Source: an uncultured bacterium (lineage in GTDB: Bacteria > Acidobacteriota > Thermoanaerobaculia > Multivoradales > JAHZIX01). Taken from it: a stretch of DNA of 64,000 bases. The translations under genes were made by a program, and so were the position numbers. The stretch is taken from the NCBI GenBank assembly GCA_965368975.1, contig CBDUPA010000004.1, forward strand, positions 160,001 through 224,000. The letters are read 5' to 3'. Within the stretch, counting starts at the first letter, position 1, and every line of letters begins with the position of its first letter. Below the pieces are notes generated by a model. The model was not told the origin of the DNA. It worked only from the letters and a program-made list of their open reading frames with translations, and ran no database searches. Of this stretch, positions 26,834 to 40,743 are shown piece by piece.

Positions 26834-28468
26834 ATGGGTCGATTCCGACGCCGCGCGCGCTCCTTGTTGTTGGTCCTGGGCCTGCTTCTGTTCCTCGCCT
26901 TCGTGGTGAGTGCGGGGTTGTGGTCGGCGCGTCCGGCGCTGCCGCCGCAGGCGGACCTGCTGTTGATTACGGTCGACACCCTGCGCGCGGATCACCTCGG
27001 GATCTATGGCTACGAAGGCGCGCGGACGCCACGCCTGGATGCGCTGGGCGAGGACGGTACCGTCTTCCTGCAGGCAATGACGCCCTTCCCGCGCACGACG
27101 CCCGGACTGGCGTCTCTGCTCACCGGGCTGTGGCCGGTGCACCACGGCTCGCGCGAGGTGGCGCAGCCGATGGCCGCCGATGTCGCGACGCTGGCCGAGG
27201 TGCTGCGCCGGCACGGCTACCGAACGCTCGGCGTCAGTGCCAACGGCGCGGCCAGCCCGCACCAGGGCTTGGACCGTGGCTTCGACCACTTTCTCGACTA
27301 CCGGGACTTGAGGCCGCCGGTCGCAGAGTACGTGACGGACCGCACACTACAGATGGTGCGCGAGCAGGCCGGGGGAGAGCCCGCAGATGCAGATCCACCG
27401 CTCTTCCTGTGGGTGCACTACATCGATCCGCACTTCCCCTACGCTCCGCCAGCCACCTGGGCCGATCAGCCCGAGGCACCGGGCTGCCGCGCGTTGATCC
27501 AGGAGACGCTGGCCGATGCCTGGCGCATTGCCGAGGTACAACGCGACCACGAGGGCATGTCGACTGCCGTCCTCGACGAGTGCATAGCCCTCTACGACGC
27601 CGAGATCGCCTACACCGATGCCGAGATTGGACGCCTGCTCGATGGCTTGCGCGAGATGCGCGCCGGCCGGCCGGCGCTGCGCGTCTTTACCGCCGATCAC
27701 GGCGAGAACCTGGGCGAAGCCGGATTGTTCTTCGAGCACGGGCCGAGCATCCACGACGCCGGCCTGCAGGTGCCGCTGATCATCAGTGGCCCGGGTCTGC
27801 CGCGAGGTCGCGTCGATGAGCGCACTATCCGGCTCGAAGATCTGATGCCCACGGTGCTACGACTGCTGGATGTCGAGCAAGGCGACTGGCCGGACATGGA
27901 CGGACTCGACCTGTCGAACCGTCTACATGGTTGGTCTTGGATTGCCGACCGCACGCCCGAACCCGAGCTGTTCGCCGAGAGCGGAAGCTCGCTGCTGCCC
28001 AACACCTTCAAGTGGGTGTTCACCGGGCGTGCCCACGATCTGCACTGCTTCAACGCTCCACGCTTTTCCCTGTGCGGCAAGCGCGGCGAGACGCCGAAGC
28101 TCTACGATCACGAAGCGGATCCGGCGCTGCAGGCAGACGTCAGTGCTGACTATCCAGAGATCTACCAGGCCATGGTGGCGGCGCGTGACAGCTGGCAGCC
28201 GGAGCAGGTGCGTGAACGGGCGCTGCGCACCCACGACTTCAAGTTGGTCGAGCATCCGCGGCTACGCGGCGGCTATCACCAGTCGCTCTATCTGCCAGCC
28301 GAGGATGCGAGCGAGACGCGCGACGTCAAGCACGCGTATCCGGACGTGCTGCGCGAGCTGCGCCCGCGCCTGCAGCGGTGGACCGAGGCGCTACCCACCG
28401 CGGCGCCATCGGGTGAGCGTAGCCAGGAGCAGATCGAAGCGCTGCGTGCGCTCGGTTACATTCAGTGA
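26834..28468 (+). CDS. Sulfatase-like (alkaline phosphatase superfamily) membrane-anchored protein
   Basis: LITVDTLRADH, TPRLD, SLLTG, HYIDPHFPY, YDAEIAYTD, TADHGE, EHG, C-terminal LRALGY; start approximate. Confidence 0.85.
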   Translation: MGRFRRRARSLLLVLGLLLFLAFVVSAGLWSARPALPPQADLLLITVDTLRADHLGIYGYEGARTPRLDALGEDGTVFLQAMTPFPRTTPGLASLLTGLWPVHHGSREVAQPMAADVATLAEVLRRHGYRTLGVSANGAASPHQGLDRGFDHFLDYRDLRPPVAEYVTDRTLQMVREQAGGEPADADPPLFLWVHYIDPHFPYAPPATWADQPEAPGCRALIQETLADAWRIAEVQRDHEGMSTAVLDECIALYDAEIAYTDAEIGRLLDGLREMRAGRPALRVFTADHGENLGEAGLFFEHGPSIHDAGLQVPLIISGPGLPRGRVDERTIRLEDLMPTVLRLLDVEQGDWPDMDGLDLSNRLHGWSWIADRTPEPELFAESGSSLLPNTFKWVFTGRAHDLHCFNAPRFSLCGKRGETPKLYDHEADPALQADVSADYPEIYQAMVAARDSWQPEQVRERALRTHDFKLVEHPRLRGGYHQSLYLPAEDASETRDVKHAYPDVLRELRPRLQRWTEALPTAAPSGERSQEQIEALRALGYIQ

Positions 28469-28498
28469 GTGCGGTAAAAAATCTGGAACCGAACGGCC

Positions 28499-29922
<1,424 letters not shown>

Positions 29923-29926
<4 letters not shown>

Positions 29927-31764
29927 TGCTCAGTCCCCCCCGGGAAGTCAGCTGGGAGTCGTGGTGGCTGGGTGCCGTGCGACGTCTGGTAATCCTCAGG
30001 TGTGCGAGTTCCTGTCCCTGGTTCGGTCTCGGGCGCTATCGGGTCCACTCTGAGCCGCTGTGGCGGCAGGCTGCGTACCTGTGTTTCCGGTGGTAACTCG
30101 ACAGTGATCGTGGTTCCATGGCCGGGCCGGCTGCGCGAGTGTAGCCGGCCGCCGTGCTCGGTGACGATGCGGTAGACGATCGCCATGCCAATTCCCAGGC
30201 CGTCGCCGAACAGCGAGTGGAAGGGGTCGAACAGCTGTTCCAGCTCTTCCTCGGTCATGCCGCAGCCAGTGTCGGAGATACTCAGAAAATAGCCCTCGAA
30301 CCCCCGGTCGCGGCCGATGACGCGCAGAATACCGCCATCGGGCATGGCCTTGAGGGCGTTGCGCACCAGATTCCAGAATACCTGGCTGATCTGGTCGGGG
30401 TCAGCGAAGGCCTCGGCAGATGCGACGTCCAGGTCGAGTTCGAGCTGGTGCTTTGGGGAGACCTCGGGGCTGTGGCTCAGCAGCTCGAAGTGCTCGGTGA
30501 TCATGGTGGCGATGTCGAAGCGCTCCGGTGAGCGTTCACGTGGACGGGCGAACTTGAGGAAGCTCTTGACGGTGCGATCGAGCCGCTGACTCTCTTTGTG
30601 AATCAGGCCGACCAGGCGGCGGTTGTCGGCGGCAACGCTCTCCGGCAGCATGTGCGTCAGCATCTGGGCCGAGCCGGAAATCGCCGCCAGCGGGTTGCCC
30701 AACTCGTGTGCCAGCCCGGCTGCCAACTGTCCTACGGCGGCCATGCGGTCGCGCACGTTGAGCTCACGCTCGAGTGCCCGGGTGTCGGTGAAGTCTTGGA
30801 ATACAATAATGAACCCGGTTTGTGTACCGGTGGCGTCGTTGAGGGGTGAAACGGAGTAGCCGACAAACGCCTCTCGGTCGCCGAAGTCGAGTTGCACTTC
30901 CTTGCGTTCGCCTGGCGGAGAGCCGCCGTCATGCACGATCTGCTGCCACTCCGGTTCGCCAAACAAGCCTGTCTGGACGATCGATTCTCCGATCAACTCG
31001 CCAGCCTCGACGTGCAGAATCTGCTGGCCGGCGTGGTTGATGCTGGTCATGAAGCCGTATCCGTCGGTCGTGATCAAGCCGCTGCCGATCGATTGCACGA
31101 CGTCGTGGTACTCGACCTCCAGATCGGCGAAGCGTTCCTTCTGGCTCACCAGGGCAGCCTCGGTGGCGCGTCCGCGCCGTGCCAGCTGCGAGCCGAGCGC
31201 GGCAGCAGCGTAGAAGCCGAAGAGAGCGATCACCAGGTTGTAGACCAGACGTGTGTTCTGTTCTTCGGTGGCCGCTCCTTCCAGGCCCCCATGCAGTACC
31301 AGCAGGATGGTGGCGTAGATGGCGAGCGCGGCGGTCGCGAAAGTGGTGCCGACGCGACGCGGTCCGAGGTGCAGTGCCGCCAGCACCACGATCAGCGGGT
31401 AGAGCGCCGAGAACGGGCTCTCGATGCCGCCGTAGGTGACGATCAGGGCACCTGTGAGCAGCAAGTCGACGCTCAGCTGTACGTAGGCCTGCGTCTTGAT
31501 GTGGCCTGGGAAGCGCTGCAGCAGCCAGCTGTAGACGACGCTCAAGATGCTGGTCGACAGCAGGACGAAGATCACCTTCGTCCACCCCTGCTCGTCGAAG
31601 ATCGCGGTCAGTTCTTCGCCGATACCGACTCCACCGCTACCGCCGCGCAGGTTGGCGACCAGCTGCACCATCACCCAGGTGAAAGTGACCAGGAGGACCA
31701 TCAACACGCGCACCCGGATCAACATCCCCAGCTGCCGCTCCAGCGGCGGCGCCAGGGTCTGCAT
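29923..31764 (-). CDS. pilS: PilS-like sensor histidine kinase (TM region, PAS, HisKA, HATPase)
   Basis: Multiple TMs with GGIESPFSALY; AHELGNPL; NLVRNA; DTGCG; GLGIGMAIV. Confidence 0.82.
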
Positions 31765-31822
31765 CGTGCGCGTTGTCAGTTCTTCAGGCTTGGTCAGCGC
31801 TCTTCCGTCCCGCCTCGTCAGG

Positions 31823-33031
31823 TCAGCCGATCTGGGTCAGGATCGAGTAGAGCGGCAGGTACATGGCAGTCACGACGACGCCGATGATGCCGCCGAGAAC
31901 GACGATCATGAGCGGCTCGATCAGCTTCATCAGGCCGGCCACTGCCGTGTCGACTTCTTCTTCGTAGAAGTCGGCGATCTTGGACAGCATCTGGTCGAGG
32001 GCACCCGTCTGCTCGCCGACGTTGATCATCTGCACGACCATCTGGGGGAAGACTCCGGTCTGGGCCAGCGGCTCGCTGATCGTCCGACCTTCCTCGACGC
32101 TCTTACGCACGGCCATGATGGCATCTTCGATGATCGCGTTGCCGGCGGTCCGGGCGGTGATCTCGAGGCCATCGAGGATCGGCACACCGGACGCGGTGAG
32201 GGTCGACAGGGTGCGGCAGAAGCGGGCCACGGCGATCTTGCGCAGCAGCATGCCGAGGATCGGCAAGCGCAGCATCAGTCCGTCGAGCACGCGCCGCCCC
32301 TTGTAGGTGTCATGGTAGCGGCGAATCGCGTAGACGCCGGCGGCCATGATGATAATAAGGAACAGACTGTAGCTTTGGGCGAAGTCACTGGCCGCGATGA
32401 CCCAGCGGGTCAGGGCCGGCATCTCGGAACCGACACCGGCAAACAGCTGGCCGAACACTGGGATCACGAAGCGCAGGATGATCCACACCACGCCGATGGC
32501 GATCGTGATGACGCTGACCGGATAGATCAGCGCCGACTTGACCTGTGCCTTCAGCTTCACGGCCTTCTCGATGTAGTTGGACAGGCGCTGCAGGATGATG
32601 TCGAGGATACCGCCGGCCTCACCGGCGGCGATCATGTTGACGTACAGCGTGTCGAAGGCCTTCGGATGCTTGCTCATCGCCTCGGCCAGCGACGCGCCCT
32701 GTTCGACATCCCCCCGCACGGCTTTGATGATGTCGGCGAAATTGGGATGCTCTTCCTGGCTGCCCAGGATCTCGAGACACTGCACTAGCGGCAGGCCGGC
32801 GTCGAGCATGACGGAGAACTGGCGGGTGAACAGGGCGATGCGCTTCTGCGGTACCTTGGTGTTCAGCTTCAGGCGCTTGATGATCGGGATCTCGCGTCCC
32901 TTCTCCTTGATGCTGATCACCTGGATCTGCTGGCGCCGCAGGGCAGCTTCGGCAGCGGCCTTGCTGTCGTAGAGGTCGACGCCTTCGACGACTTGACCGC
33001 CACGGCGGCCTTTCCACTGGAACGTGGGCAT
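31823..33031 (-). CDS. pilC: Type IV pilus inner-membrane platform protein PilC
   Basis: FTRQFSVMLDAGLPL, AGEAGGILD, KSALIYP, GEQTGALDQML, AMYLPLY. Confidence 0.95.
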   Translation of the reverse strand: MPTFQWKGRRGGQVVEGVDLYDSKAAAEAALRRQQIQVISIKEKGREIPIIKRLKLNTKVPQKRIALFTRQFSVMLDAGLPLVQCLEILGSQEEHPNFADIIKAVRGDVEQGASLAEAMSKHPKAFDTLYVNMIAAGEAGGILDIILQRLSNYIEKAVKLKAQVKSALIYPVSVITIAIGVVWIILRFVIPVFGQLFAGVGSEMPALTRWVIAASDFAQSYSLFLIIIMAAGVYAIRRYHDTYKGRRVLDGLMLRLPILGMLLRKIAVARFCRTLSTLTASGVPILDGLEITARTAGNAIIEDAIMAVRKSVEEGRTISEPLAQTGVFPQMVVQMINVGEQTGALDQMLSKIADFYEEEVDTAVAGLMKLIEPLMIVVLGGIIGVVVTAMYLPLYSILTQIG

Positions 33032-33034
33032 GGT

Positions 33035-34150
33035 CTATCTCCTCGCCTGTCGCGCGGGGGAGGCGCTTCCGGCCTGGGCCTGTTGGCCGCGGGCGATGAT
33101 CTCTTGCAGCTCGTCCGCATTGGACGAGCGCGCCATGGCTACCTGTAGCGTGATCTTGCGCTGGAAGTACAAGGCTGCCAGGCTCTGGTTGAAGGTCTGC
33201 ATGCCGTATTTGGCCTGGCCGGTCTGCATCATGCCGTAGATCTGGTGCACCTTGTCCTCTCGGATCAGGTTGCGGATGCCCGAAGTCGGCACCAGCACTT
33301 CCATCGCCATCGCACGGCCTTTGCCACTCGAGCGCGGCAGGAGCGTCTGACACATGATGCCTTCGAGCACGAACGACAGTTGCACCCGGATCTGTCCCTG
33401 CTGGTGGGCTGGGAAGACGTCAATGATGCGGTTGATGGTCTGGGCCGCCGAGTTGGTGTGCAGCGTGGCGAAGGTCAAGTGACCGGTCTCCGCGATGCGC
33501 ATCGCCGATTCCACGGTCTCGAAGTCACGCAGCTCACCAATCAGCACCACGTCCGGGTCTTGGCGCAGGGCCGAGCGCAGCGCGTTCGAGAAGCTGTGCG
33601 TGTCGGCTGCCAGCTCGCGCTGGTTGACAATGCAGCTCTTGTGCTGGTGCAGGTACTCGACCGGGTCTTCGATCGTGATGATGTGCTCGTGCCGCTCGCG
33701 ATTGATCTTGTCGATCATCGCCGCCAGCGTCGTCGACTTGCCGGAACCGGTTGGGCCGGTGACCAGGATCAGTCCGCGCGGCTTCTCGCATAGCTTCTCG
33801 ACGATGGCGGGCAGGCCGAGCTTCTGGAAGCCCAAGATCTCGTAGGGGATCTGCCGGAACACCGCCGCGATGGCGCCGCGCTGATGGAACACGTTGGCCC
33901 GGAAACGGGCCAGATTCTTGATCCCGAAGGAGAAGTCGATCTCCAGGTTCTCTTCCAGCCGCTGCTTCTGCAGGTCGGTGAGGATCGAGTACGCCAGTTG
34001 CTTGGTCTGCGTCGGCGTCATGGGCGGGGTGTTGAGCGGGTGCAACACGCCATCAATCCGGATCTGTGGTGAAGCGTTGGTGGTGAGATGAAGATCCGAG
34101 CCGCCCTGGTCGATCATCGCCTTGAGCAGCTGGTTGAGGGTCACGGCCAT
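33035..34150 (-). CDS. pilT: Type IV pilus retraction ATPase PilT
   Basis: SDLHL, GPTGSGKSTT, TIEDPVE, LRQDPD, AETGHLTFATLHTNS, GIRNLIRE, GMQT. Confidence 0.95.
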   Translation of the reverse strand: MAVTLNQLLKAMIDQGGSDLHLTTNASPQIRIDGVLHPLNTPPMTPTQTKQLAYSILTDLQKQRLEENLEIDFSFGIKNLARFRANVFHQRGAIAAVFRQIPYEILGFQKLGLPAIVEKLCEKPRGLILVTGPTGSGKSTTLAAMIDKINRERHEHIITIEDPVEYLHQHKSCIVNQRELAADTHSFSNALRSALRQDPDVVLIGELRDFETVESAMRIAETGHLTFATLHTNSAAQTINRIIDVFPAHQQGQIRVQLSFVLEGIMCQTLLPRSSGKGRAMAMEVLVPTSGIRNLIREDKVHQIYGMMQTGQAKYGMQTFNQSLAALYFQRKITLQVAMARSSNADELQEIIARGQQAQAGSASPARQARR

Positions 34151-34331
34151 GCAGAATCTCCACGGATGCGGGGAGGATCAATGAATCGAAGCTACAGCAT
34201 TCGCAAGTCTACACCATCCCGACGTGCCTGCAAGGATCTCGGGCCTCCCGCTCGTCAGAGGTCGCGGGAGCCCGTATGGAAGGGGCTTGGCGGTGATGCG
34301 AGCATGGTCGGAGTGCGGTAAGGTGCCGGGC

Positions 34332-36182
34332 GTGGAAGCGCTGCACGAAGAAGAGAAACTGGGTAAGGTTTACGACAGTCAGCTGATGCGCCGGCTGCTG
34401 CGCTACGTCAAGCCGCACGCCGGTATGGCGTCGACGGCGGTGGTACTGATCATCCTGTCGTCGTTCCTGCAGCTGATCGGTCCGCTGGTGGTTGCATCGG
34501 CGGTGGATCTGTACATTGCTCCGGTGCAGGAAGAGAGCCAGATGTCTGGTGCTGTGCGTGCCGTGCGCGGTGTGCTGCCGCCAGATCTGGGGCCCGCGGA
34601 GGGCATCGTCTGGGTCGGCGGCTTATTCCTCATCGCGACCGTGCTCAGCTTCGGCGTTCTCTACCTGCAGGCCTACATCATGCTGTTGATGGGCCAGAAG
34701 GTGATGTTCGACCTGCGCCAGGAAGTTTTCGCGCACGTCCAGAGGCTGCCGGTCAGTTACTTCGACCGCAACCCCGTCGGCCGGATCGTCACCCGTGTGA
34801 CCACCGACGTGGCAGCGCTCAACGAGCTGTTCACCGCCGGACTGGTGTCGATCTTCGGCGACATCGTATTGCTGGTCGGCATCGTCGGCCTGCTCTTCTG
34901 GCTCGACTGGCGTCTCGCTCTGGTCGCCTTCGCCGTTCTGCCGTTGCTGCTGCTGCTCACCCTCTGGTTCAAGATCCGCGCGCGCCAGCGCTACCGGGCC
35001 GTGCGCGTCAAGATCGCGGGGATCAACAGCTTCCTGCAGGAACACATCACTGGCATGTCGGTGGTGCAGCTGTTCAATCGCGAGAAACGTGCCTTCGACG
35101 AGTACGACGACATCAACGCCGGGCACCGTGACGCCAACATCGACACGATCTTCTACTACGCCATCTACTATCCGTCGATCGAGTTGATCACCGCCATCGG
35201 CATCGGCCTGGTGATCTGGTACGGCGGCGGCGCGGTGATCGCAGGTGCACTTTCCGTCGGTGCGCTCATCGCCTTCGTGCAGCTCTCGGCGCGCTTCTAC
35301 CAGCCCCTGGCCGACCTGAGCGAGAAGTACAACACGCTGCAGAGCGCCATGGCCAGTTCCGAGCGCATCTTCGCTCTGCTCGACAAAGTCCCCGAGATCA
35401 CCTCGCCGCCCGACGCGCAGCGTCCCGACCCGGTGCGTGGCGATTTGAGCTTCGACCAGGTGTCCTTTCGCTACAACGACGACGAGCCGGTGCTCGAGGA
35501 CATTAGTTTCGACGTCCAAGCCGGTGAGACCCTGGCCGTCGTCGGTCACACCGGTGCTGGCAAGTCGACCCTGGCCAACCTGATGTTGCGCTTCTACGAC
35601 ACGCGTCAAGGAGCCGTGCGCGTCGACGGCGTCGACGTGCGTGATTGGGACCTGGCGCACCTGCGGCGCTCGATCGGCCTGGTGCTGCAGGACGTGTTCC
35701 TGTTCTCCGGCACCCTCGGCTACAACATCGGTCTCGGGGCCCCGAGTGTCGATGAAGAACGCCTGCGCTGGGCGGCGGGAGAAGTGGGAGCCCTGCCTTT
35801 CATCGACAAGTTACCGAAGGGCTTCGACGCGCGCGTCAAAGAACGCGGTGCCGGTCTGTCGGTGGGGCAGAAACAGCTGATCGCCTTTGCCCGTGCCCTC
35901 GCCTTCGACCCCCGTATCCTGATCCTGGACGAGGCGACCTCCTCGATCGACACCGAGACCGAGCACCTCATCCAGGCCGCCCTCGACCGCCTGCTCGACG
36001 GCCGCACCAGCGTCGTCATCGCCCACCGCTTGTCGACGATTCAGAAGGCGGATCGCATTCTGGTGATGCACAAAGGCCGCGTGCGCGAAATCGGTACGCA
36101 CGAAGAACTGCTGGAGTCGGGCGGCATCTACGCCAAGCTCTACCAGCTCCAATACCAAGACCAAGAAGCCGCCGGCGGCTAG
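34332..36182 (+). CDS. ABC exporter, fused permease/ATPase (MdlB/MsbA-like)
   Basis: Six-TM domain, GHTGAGKST, LSVGQKQ, LDEATSSID, IAHRLST; GTG 34332 lies 7 nt after TAAGGT. Confidence 0.92.
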   Translation: MEALHEEEKLGKVYDSQLMRRLLRYVKPHAGMASTAVVLIILSSFLQLIGPLVVASAVDLYIAPVQEESQMSGAVRAVRGVLPPDLGPAEGIVWVGGLFLIATVLSFGVLYLQAYIMLLMGQKVMFDLRQEVFAHVQRLPVSYFDRNPVGRIVTRVTTDVAALNELFTAGLVSIFGDIVLLVGIVGLLFWLDWRLALVAFAVLPLLLLLTLWFKIRARQRYRAVRVKIAGINSFLQEHITGMSVVQLFNREKRAFDEYDDINAGHRDANIDTIFYYAIYYPSIELITAIGIGLVIWYGGGAVIAGALSVGALIAFVQLSARFYQPLADLSEKYNTLQSAMASSERIFALLDKVPEITSPPDAQRPDPVRGDLSFDQVSFRYNDDEPVLEDISFDVQAGETLAVVGHTGAGKSTLANLMLRFYDTRQGAVRVDGVDVRDWDLAHLRRSIGLVLQDVFLFSGTLGYNIGLGAPSVDEERLRWAAGEVGALPFIDKLPKGFDARVKERGAGLSVGQKQLIAFARALAFDPRILILDEATSSIDTETEHLIQAALDRLLDGRTSVVIAHRLSTIQKADRILVMHKGRVREIGTHEELLESGGIYAKLYQLQYQDQEAAGG

Positions 36183-36207
36183 CTCTAGGTTTGCCTAGCC
36201 CGGCGGC
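36168..36207. terminator. GC-rich hairpin between convergent genes
   Basis: GCCGCCG...GGCTAG / CTAGCC CGGCGGC arms. Confidence 0.4.
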
Positions 36208-36238
36208 CTCCAGGTTGCGGTGAGGGTCTTGGGGTCGG

Positions 36239-36481
36239 TTATTTGGCGATCAGCCGTACCAGGAACAGCAGCACGATCGCGCCGATAGTCGCCGTGATCA
36301 GCGTGCCGACCAGACCGCCACCGATGGTGACGCCGAGCTGCCCGAGCAGCCAGCCGCCGATGAACGCACCGATCACGCCGACCAGCAGGTTACCGAGCAG
36401 GCCCATGCCCTTGCCCTTCATGAAGGTGCTGGCCAGCCAGCCAGCGGCCAGGCCGATGAGTAGGAACCAGAGTAGGCTCAT
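36239..36481 (-). CDS. GlsB/YeaQ/YmgE (transglycosylase-associated) membrane protein
   Basis: IGLAAGWLA..M.G.G.GLLGNLLVGVIGAFIGG...ATIGAIVLL. Confidence 0.9.
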   Translation of the reverse strand: MSLLWFLLIGLAAGWLASTFMKGKGMGLLGNLLVGVIGAFIGGWLLGQLGVTIGGGLVGTLITATIGAIVLLFLVRLIAK

Positions 36482-36526
36482 GGGGGGATCTCCTTGGTTG
36501 TTCGTGTGAAGTGTGCGGAAAGAGTA

Positions 36527-38173
36527 TCAGAGCCGCTCGCTGCCGGCGTGATAGCGGCAGGTGAGCGGGTCGAGGCTGGCGTCGCGCCCCACCCGTCCAT
36601 TGACCGCCAACGCGTCCAATATCTGGAACACGGTCTCGACGCGCTCCGGACTGCCGATCCCCGCCGCTACTTCTGCCGCCGTGCAGCCTCTTTCCTGTCT
36701 ACGTAGGAACTCCAGCGACGCCCGCTGTAGCTGCAGGATCGAAGCCGCGGCCTTCTTGCCCGCTTCGACGCCCGGTTGGTGGTAGGCGTTGATCTTCACC
36801 AGGCTGGCATAGAAGCCCACCGCGCGTTCGTACAAGGCGATCAGAACCCCGAGGTGGTAGGCGTCGAGCTGACGGATGGTGAGCGTGATCGACGGTCGGC
36901 CGGCCTGGCTGAGGGCTTCGCGGGTGCCGAGGAAGAAGCCGCGTAGGTAGTCGCCGCTGGTGACGCCGGGTTCCGCTTCCGGGTTCACCTCGACGGCCGC
37001 CGCAGTATCCGGTGCGACCCCGTCGCTCTGCACTTCCAGGAACGTGACGAAGAAGTTGCGCACGCCGTCACGCAGCTGTTGCACGTAGGCGTGCTGGTCG
37101 GTGGAGCCTTTGTTGCCGTAGACGGTAATGCCCTGCTCGACGACGTTGCCGTCGAGGTCGTGGGACTTGCCGAGGCTCTCCATGATCAGCTGTTGCAGGT
37201 AGCGGCTGAACAGCAGCAAGCGGTCGCGGTAGGGAAGGAGGACCATGTCTCTCTTACCCTGGCCATCGGTCGCGAAGTACCAGGCAAGAGCCAGCAGTGC
37301 GGCGGGATTGGTGTTTGTGCTCGGCTGACGCGTGACGGCGTCGCAGGCAGCGGCACCGGTGAGCACGGCGTCGACGTCGAGACCCTGCAAGGCAGCAGGC
37401 AGGAGGCCAACGGTACTCAGCACGCTGGTGCGACCGCCGACCCAGTCCCACATCGGGAAGCGGGCGAGCCAGCCTTCTTGCTCGGCGACGAGGTCGAGCT
37501 TGGAGCCCTCACCGGTGATGGCGACGGCCTGGGTAGGGAAGTCGAGCTCTCGTTCACGGAAGGCGGCCTGTGCGACCTCGAGGCCGTTGCGGGTCTCGGC
37601 GGTGCCACCGGACTTGCTGATGACGACGCACAGGGTGCGCGGCAGCCGCTCGCCCAAGAGGTCGAGTGTGCGCTGCAGACCATCGGGGTCGGTGTTGTCG
37701 AAGAAATGCAGGCGCAGGCGGTCATCGGTGCCACCCAGGGCGTCGGCGATCAACTGAGGGCCGAGGGCGGAGCCACCGATGCCGATCAGCAGGACGTCGG
37801 TGAAACGGGCTTGGTGCGGTGGGTGCATGCGGCCGGCGTGGACTTCGGTGGCGAAGTCGAGCACGGCGGTCCGGGCTTCCACGATGGCGTCGCGTTGCGC
37901 GGTCGTCGGTGCGAACTCTGGTGCACGCAGCCAGTAGTGTCCGACTTGACGTCCCTCGTCCGGGTTGGCGATGGCGCCCGCTTCCAGGTTCGCCATGGCT
38001 TGGAAGGCGTGCTCCATCGACGCAGCGATGCGCTGCAGGAACTCGTCGTCGAAAGGACGTCCAGCAGGATCGAGCAGGCGGCTGGTGTCGAGACGCAGGC
38101 CGATCTCGTCGCACACACACAGGCGACGGCGGTAGTGGTCCCAAGCGGGGACCGGGACAGTGGTCGAGGTCAT
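36527..38173 (-). CDS. pgi: Glucose-6-phosphate isomerase
   Basis: [55 protein letters not shown]. Confidence 0.95.
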   Translation of the reverse strand: MTSTTVPVPAWDHYRRRLCVCDEIGLRLDTSRLLDPAGRPFDDEFLQRIAASMEHAFQAMANLEAGAIANPDEGRQVGHYWLRAPEFAPTTAQRDAIVEARTAVLDFATEVHAGRMHPPHQARFTDVLLIGIGGSALGPQLIADALGGTDDRLRLHFFDNTDPDGLQRTLDLLGERLPRTLCVVISKSGGTAETRNGLEVAQAAFRERELDFPTQAVAITGEGSKLDLVAEQEGWLARFPMWDWVGGRTSVLSTVGLLPAALQGLDVDAVLTGAAACDAVTRQPSTNTNPAALLALAWYFATDGQGKRDMVLLPYRDRLLLFSRYLQQLIMESLGKSHDLDGNVVEQGITVYGNKGSTDQHAYVQQLRDGVRNFFVTFLEVQSDGVAPDTAAAVEVNPEAEPGVTSGDYLRGFFLGTREALSQAGRPSITLTIRQLDAYHLGVLIALYERAVGFYASLVKINAYHQPGVEAGKKAAASILQLQRASLEFLRRQERGCTAAEVAAGIGSPERVETVFQILDALAVNGRVGRDASLDPLTCRYHAGSERL

Positions 38174-38257
38174 GGTTTGCTTTCTATCATCGCTGAGGCA
38201 GGCAGCCTTGACGTCGGGAGAGTGAACCTCCCATGTGGTATCGTTTCTAACCCTTCT

Positions 38258-38277
38258 CGGTTGCCGTACGGCAACCG
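38258..38277. promoter_or_regulatory. Perfect 20-bp palindrome in the pgi/icd divergent region
   Basis: CGGTTGCCGTACGGCAACCG equals its own reverse complement. Confidence 0.5.
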
Positions 38278-38372
38278 TCCGGAATTCCAGCATATCCGCA
38301 TCGGCGATTCTCGAGCCGGTCGCTTTTTCTCAACGCCCACAGCCGCACACTCTCCAGGGGAGGCTTTGCACA

Positions 38373-39620
<1,248 letters not shown>

Positions 39621-39653
39621 TCTGAAGATCCGCAAGAATAGGGAAGATCCGTC

Positions 39654-40574
39654 ATGAACTTCAAAGTCACTGTTGTCGGTGCCGGCCACGTCGGCGCCAC
39701 CACCGCCCAGCGCATCGCCGAGCGCGAGCTGGCGGATGTCGCCCTGATCGACATCCTGGGCGACATGGCCAAGGGCAAGGCCCTGGACATGATGGAGTCG
39801 GCGCCGGTGCTCGGCTTCAACTCCAAGGTCGAGGGCGGCGACGACTACGCGCTGACCGCCGGCTCGGACGTGTGTGTCGTCACCGCTGGTCTGGCGCGCA
39901 AGCCGGGCATGAGCCGCGACGACCTGCTGGCGAAGAACGCCGCCATCTGCGGTGGTGTCGTCGAGCAACTGGTCAAGCACTCGCCGAACACCATCCTGAT
40001 CATGGTTACCAACCCGCTGGACGCCATGTGCGAAGTGGCACGCCGCGTTTCCGGCTTCCCGCGTGAGCGTGTGCTGGGCATGGCTGGCGTGCTCGACGCG
40101 GCGCGGATGCGCTACTTCATCGCTGCCGAGCTGGGTGTGTCGGTGGAGGACGTCGATGCCTTCGTGCTTGGCGGTCACGGCGACACCATGGTGCCGCTGC
40201 CGCGCTTCGCCACGGTCAACGGCATCCCGCTGCCGACGCTGCTGAGCGAGGAGCGTATCGAGGCGATCAACGACCGCACGCGCAAGGGCGGTGCCGAGAT
40301 CGTCAACCTGCTCAAGCAGGGTTCGGCCTTCTACGCGCCGTCCGCCTCGGCGGTCGAGATGACCGAGGCGATCCTCTGCGACAAGCACAAGATCCTGCCG
40401 TGCGCCATCTATTTGCAGGGCGAATATGGTGTCAAGGATCTGTTCGTCGGGGTGCCAGCCAAGTTGGCGCGTCAGGGCCTGGAAGAGGTCCTTCAGCTGG
40501 AGCTGTCGGCCGCAGAGCAGGCGCAGCTGGACAGCAGTGCCGCCGCTGTCCAGGAGCTGGTCGACAAGCTCTGA
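39654..40574 (+). CDS. mdh: Malate dehydrogenase (LDH-like)
   Basis: [41 protein letters not shown]. Confidence 0.95.
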   Translation: MNFKVTVVGAGHVGATTAQRIAERELADVALIDILGDMAKGKALDMMESAPVLGFNSKVEGGDDYALTAGSDVCVVTAGLARKPGMSRDDLLAKNAAICGGVVEQLVKHSPNTILIMVTNPLDAMCEVARRVSGFPRERVLGMAGVLDAARMRYFIAAELGVSVEDVDAFVLGGHGDTMVPLPRFATVNGIPLPTLLSEERIEAINDRTRKGGAEIVNLLKQGSAFYAPSASAVEMTEAILCDKHKILPCAIYLQGEYGVKDLFVGVPAKLARQGLEEVLQLELSAAEQAQLDSSAAAVQELVDKL

Positions 40575-40743
40575 CGCGTCCGCGGAAACTTCCGGCGGCG
40601 GTTGGCGTACCCCAAAGCGAAGTCGGTACTCGGAGGCCACGGGCGGCCGTGGCCTCTCGGATTCCTGTTCGGGCAAGTGCTCTTTTCGAGAGGACCAGCC
40701 CTCTCGGGCAAGAGCCAGCTCCCTCGGGGTAGAGAAAGTCGCC

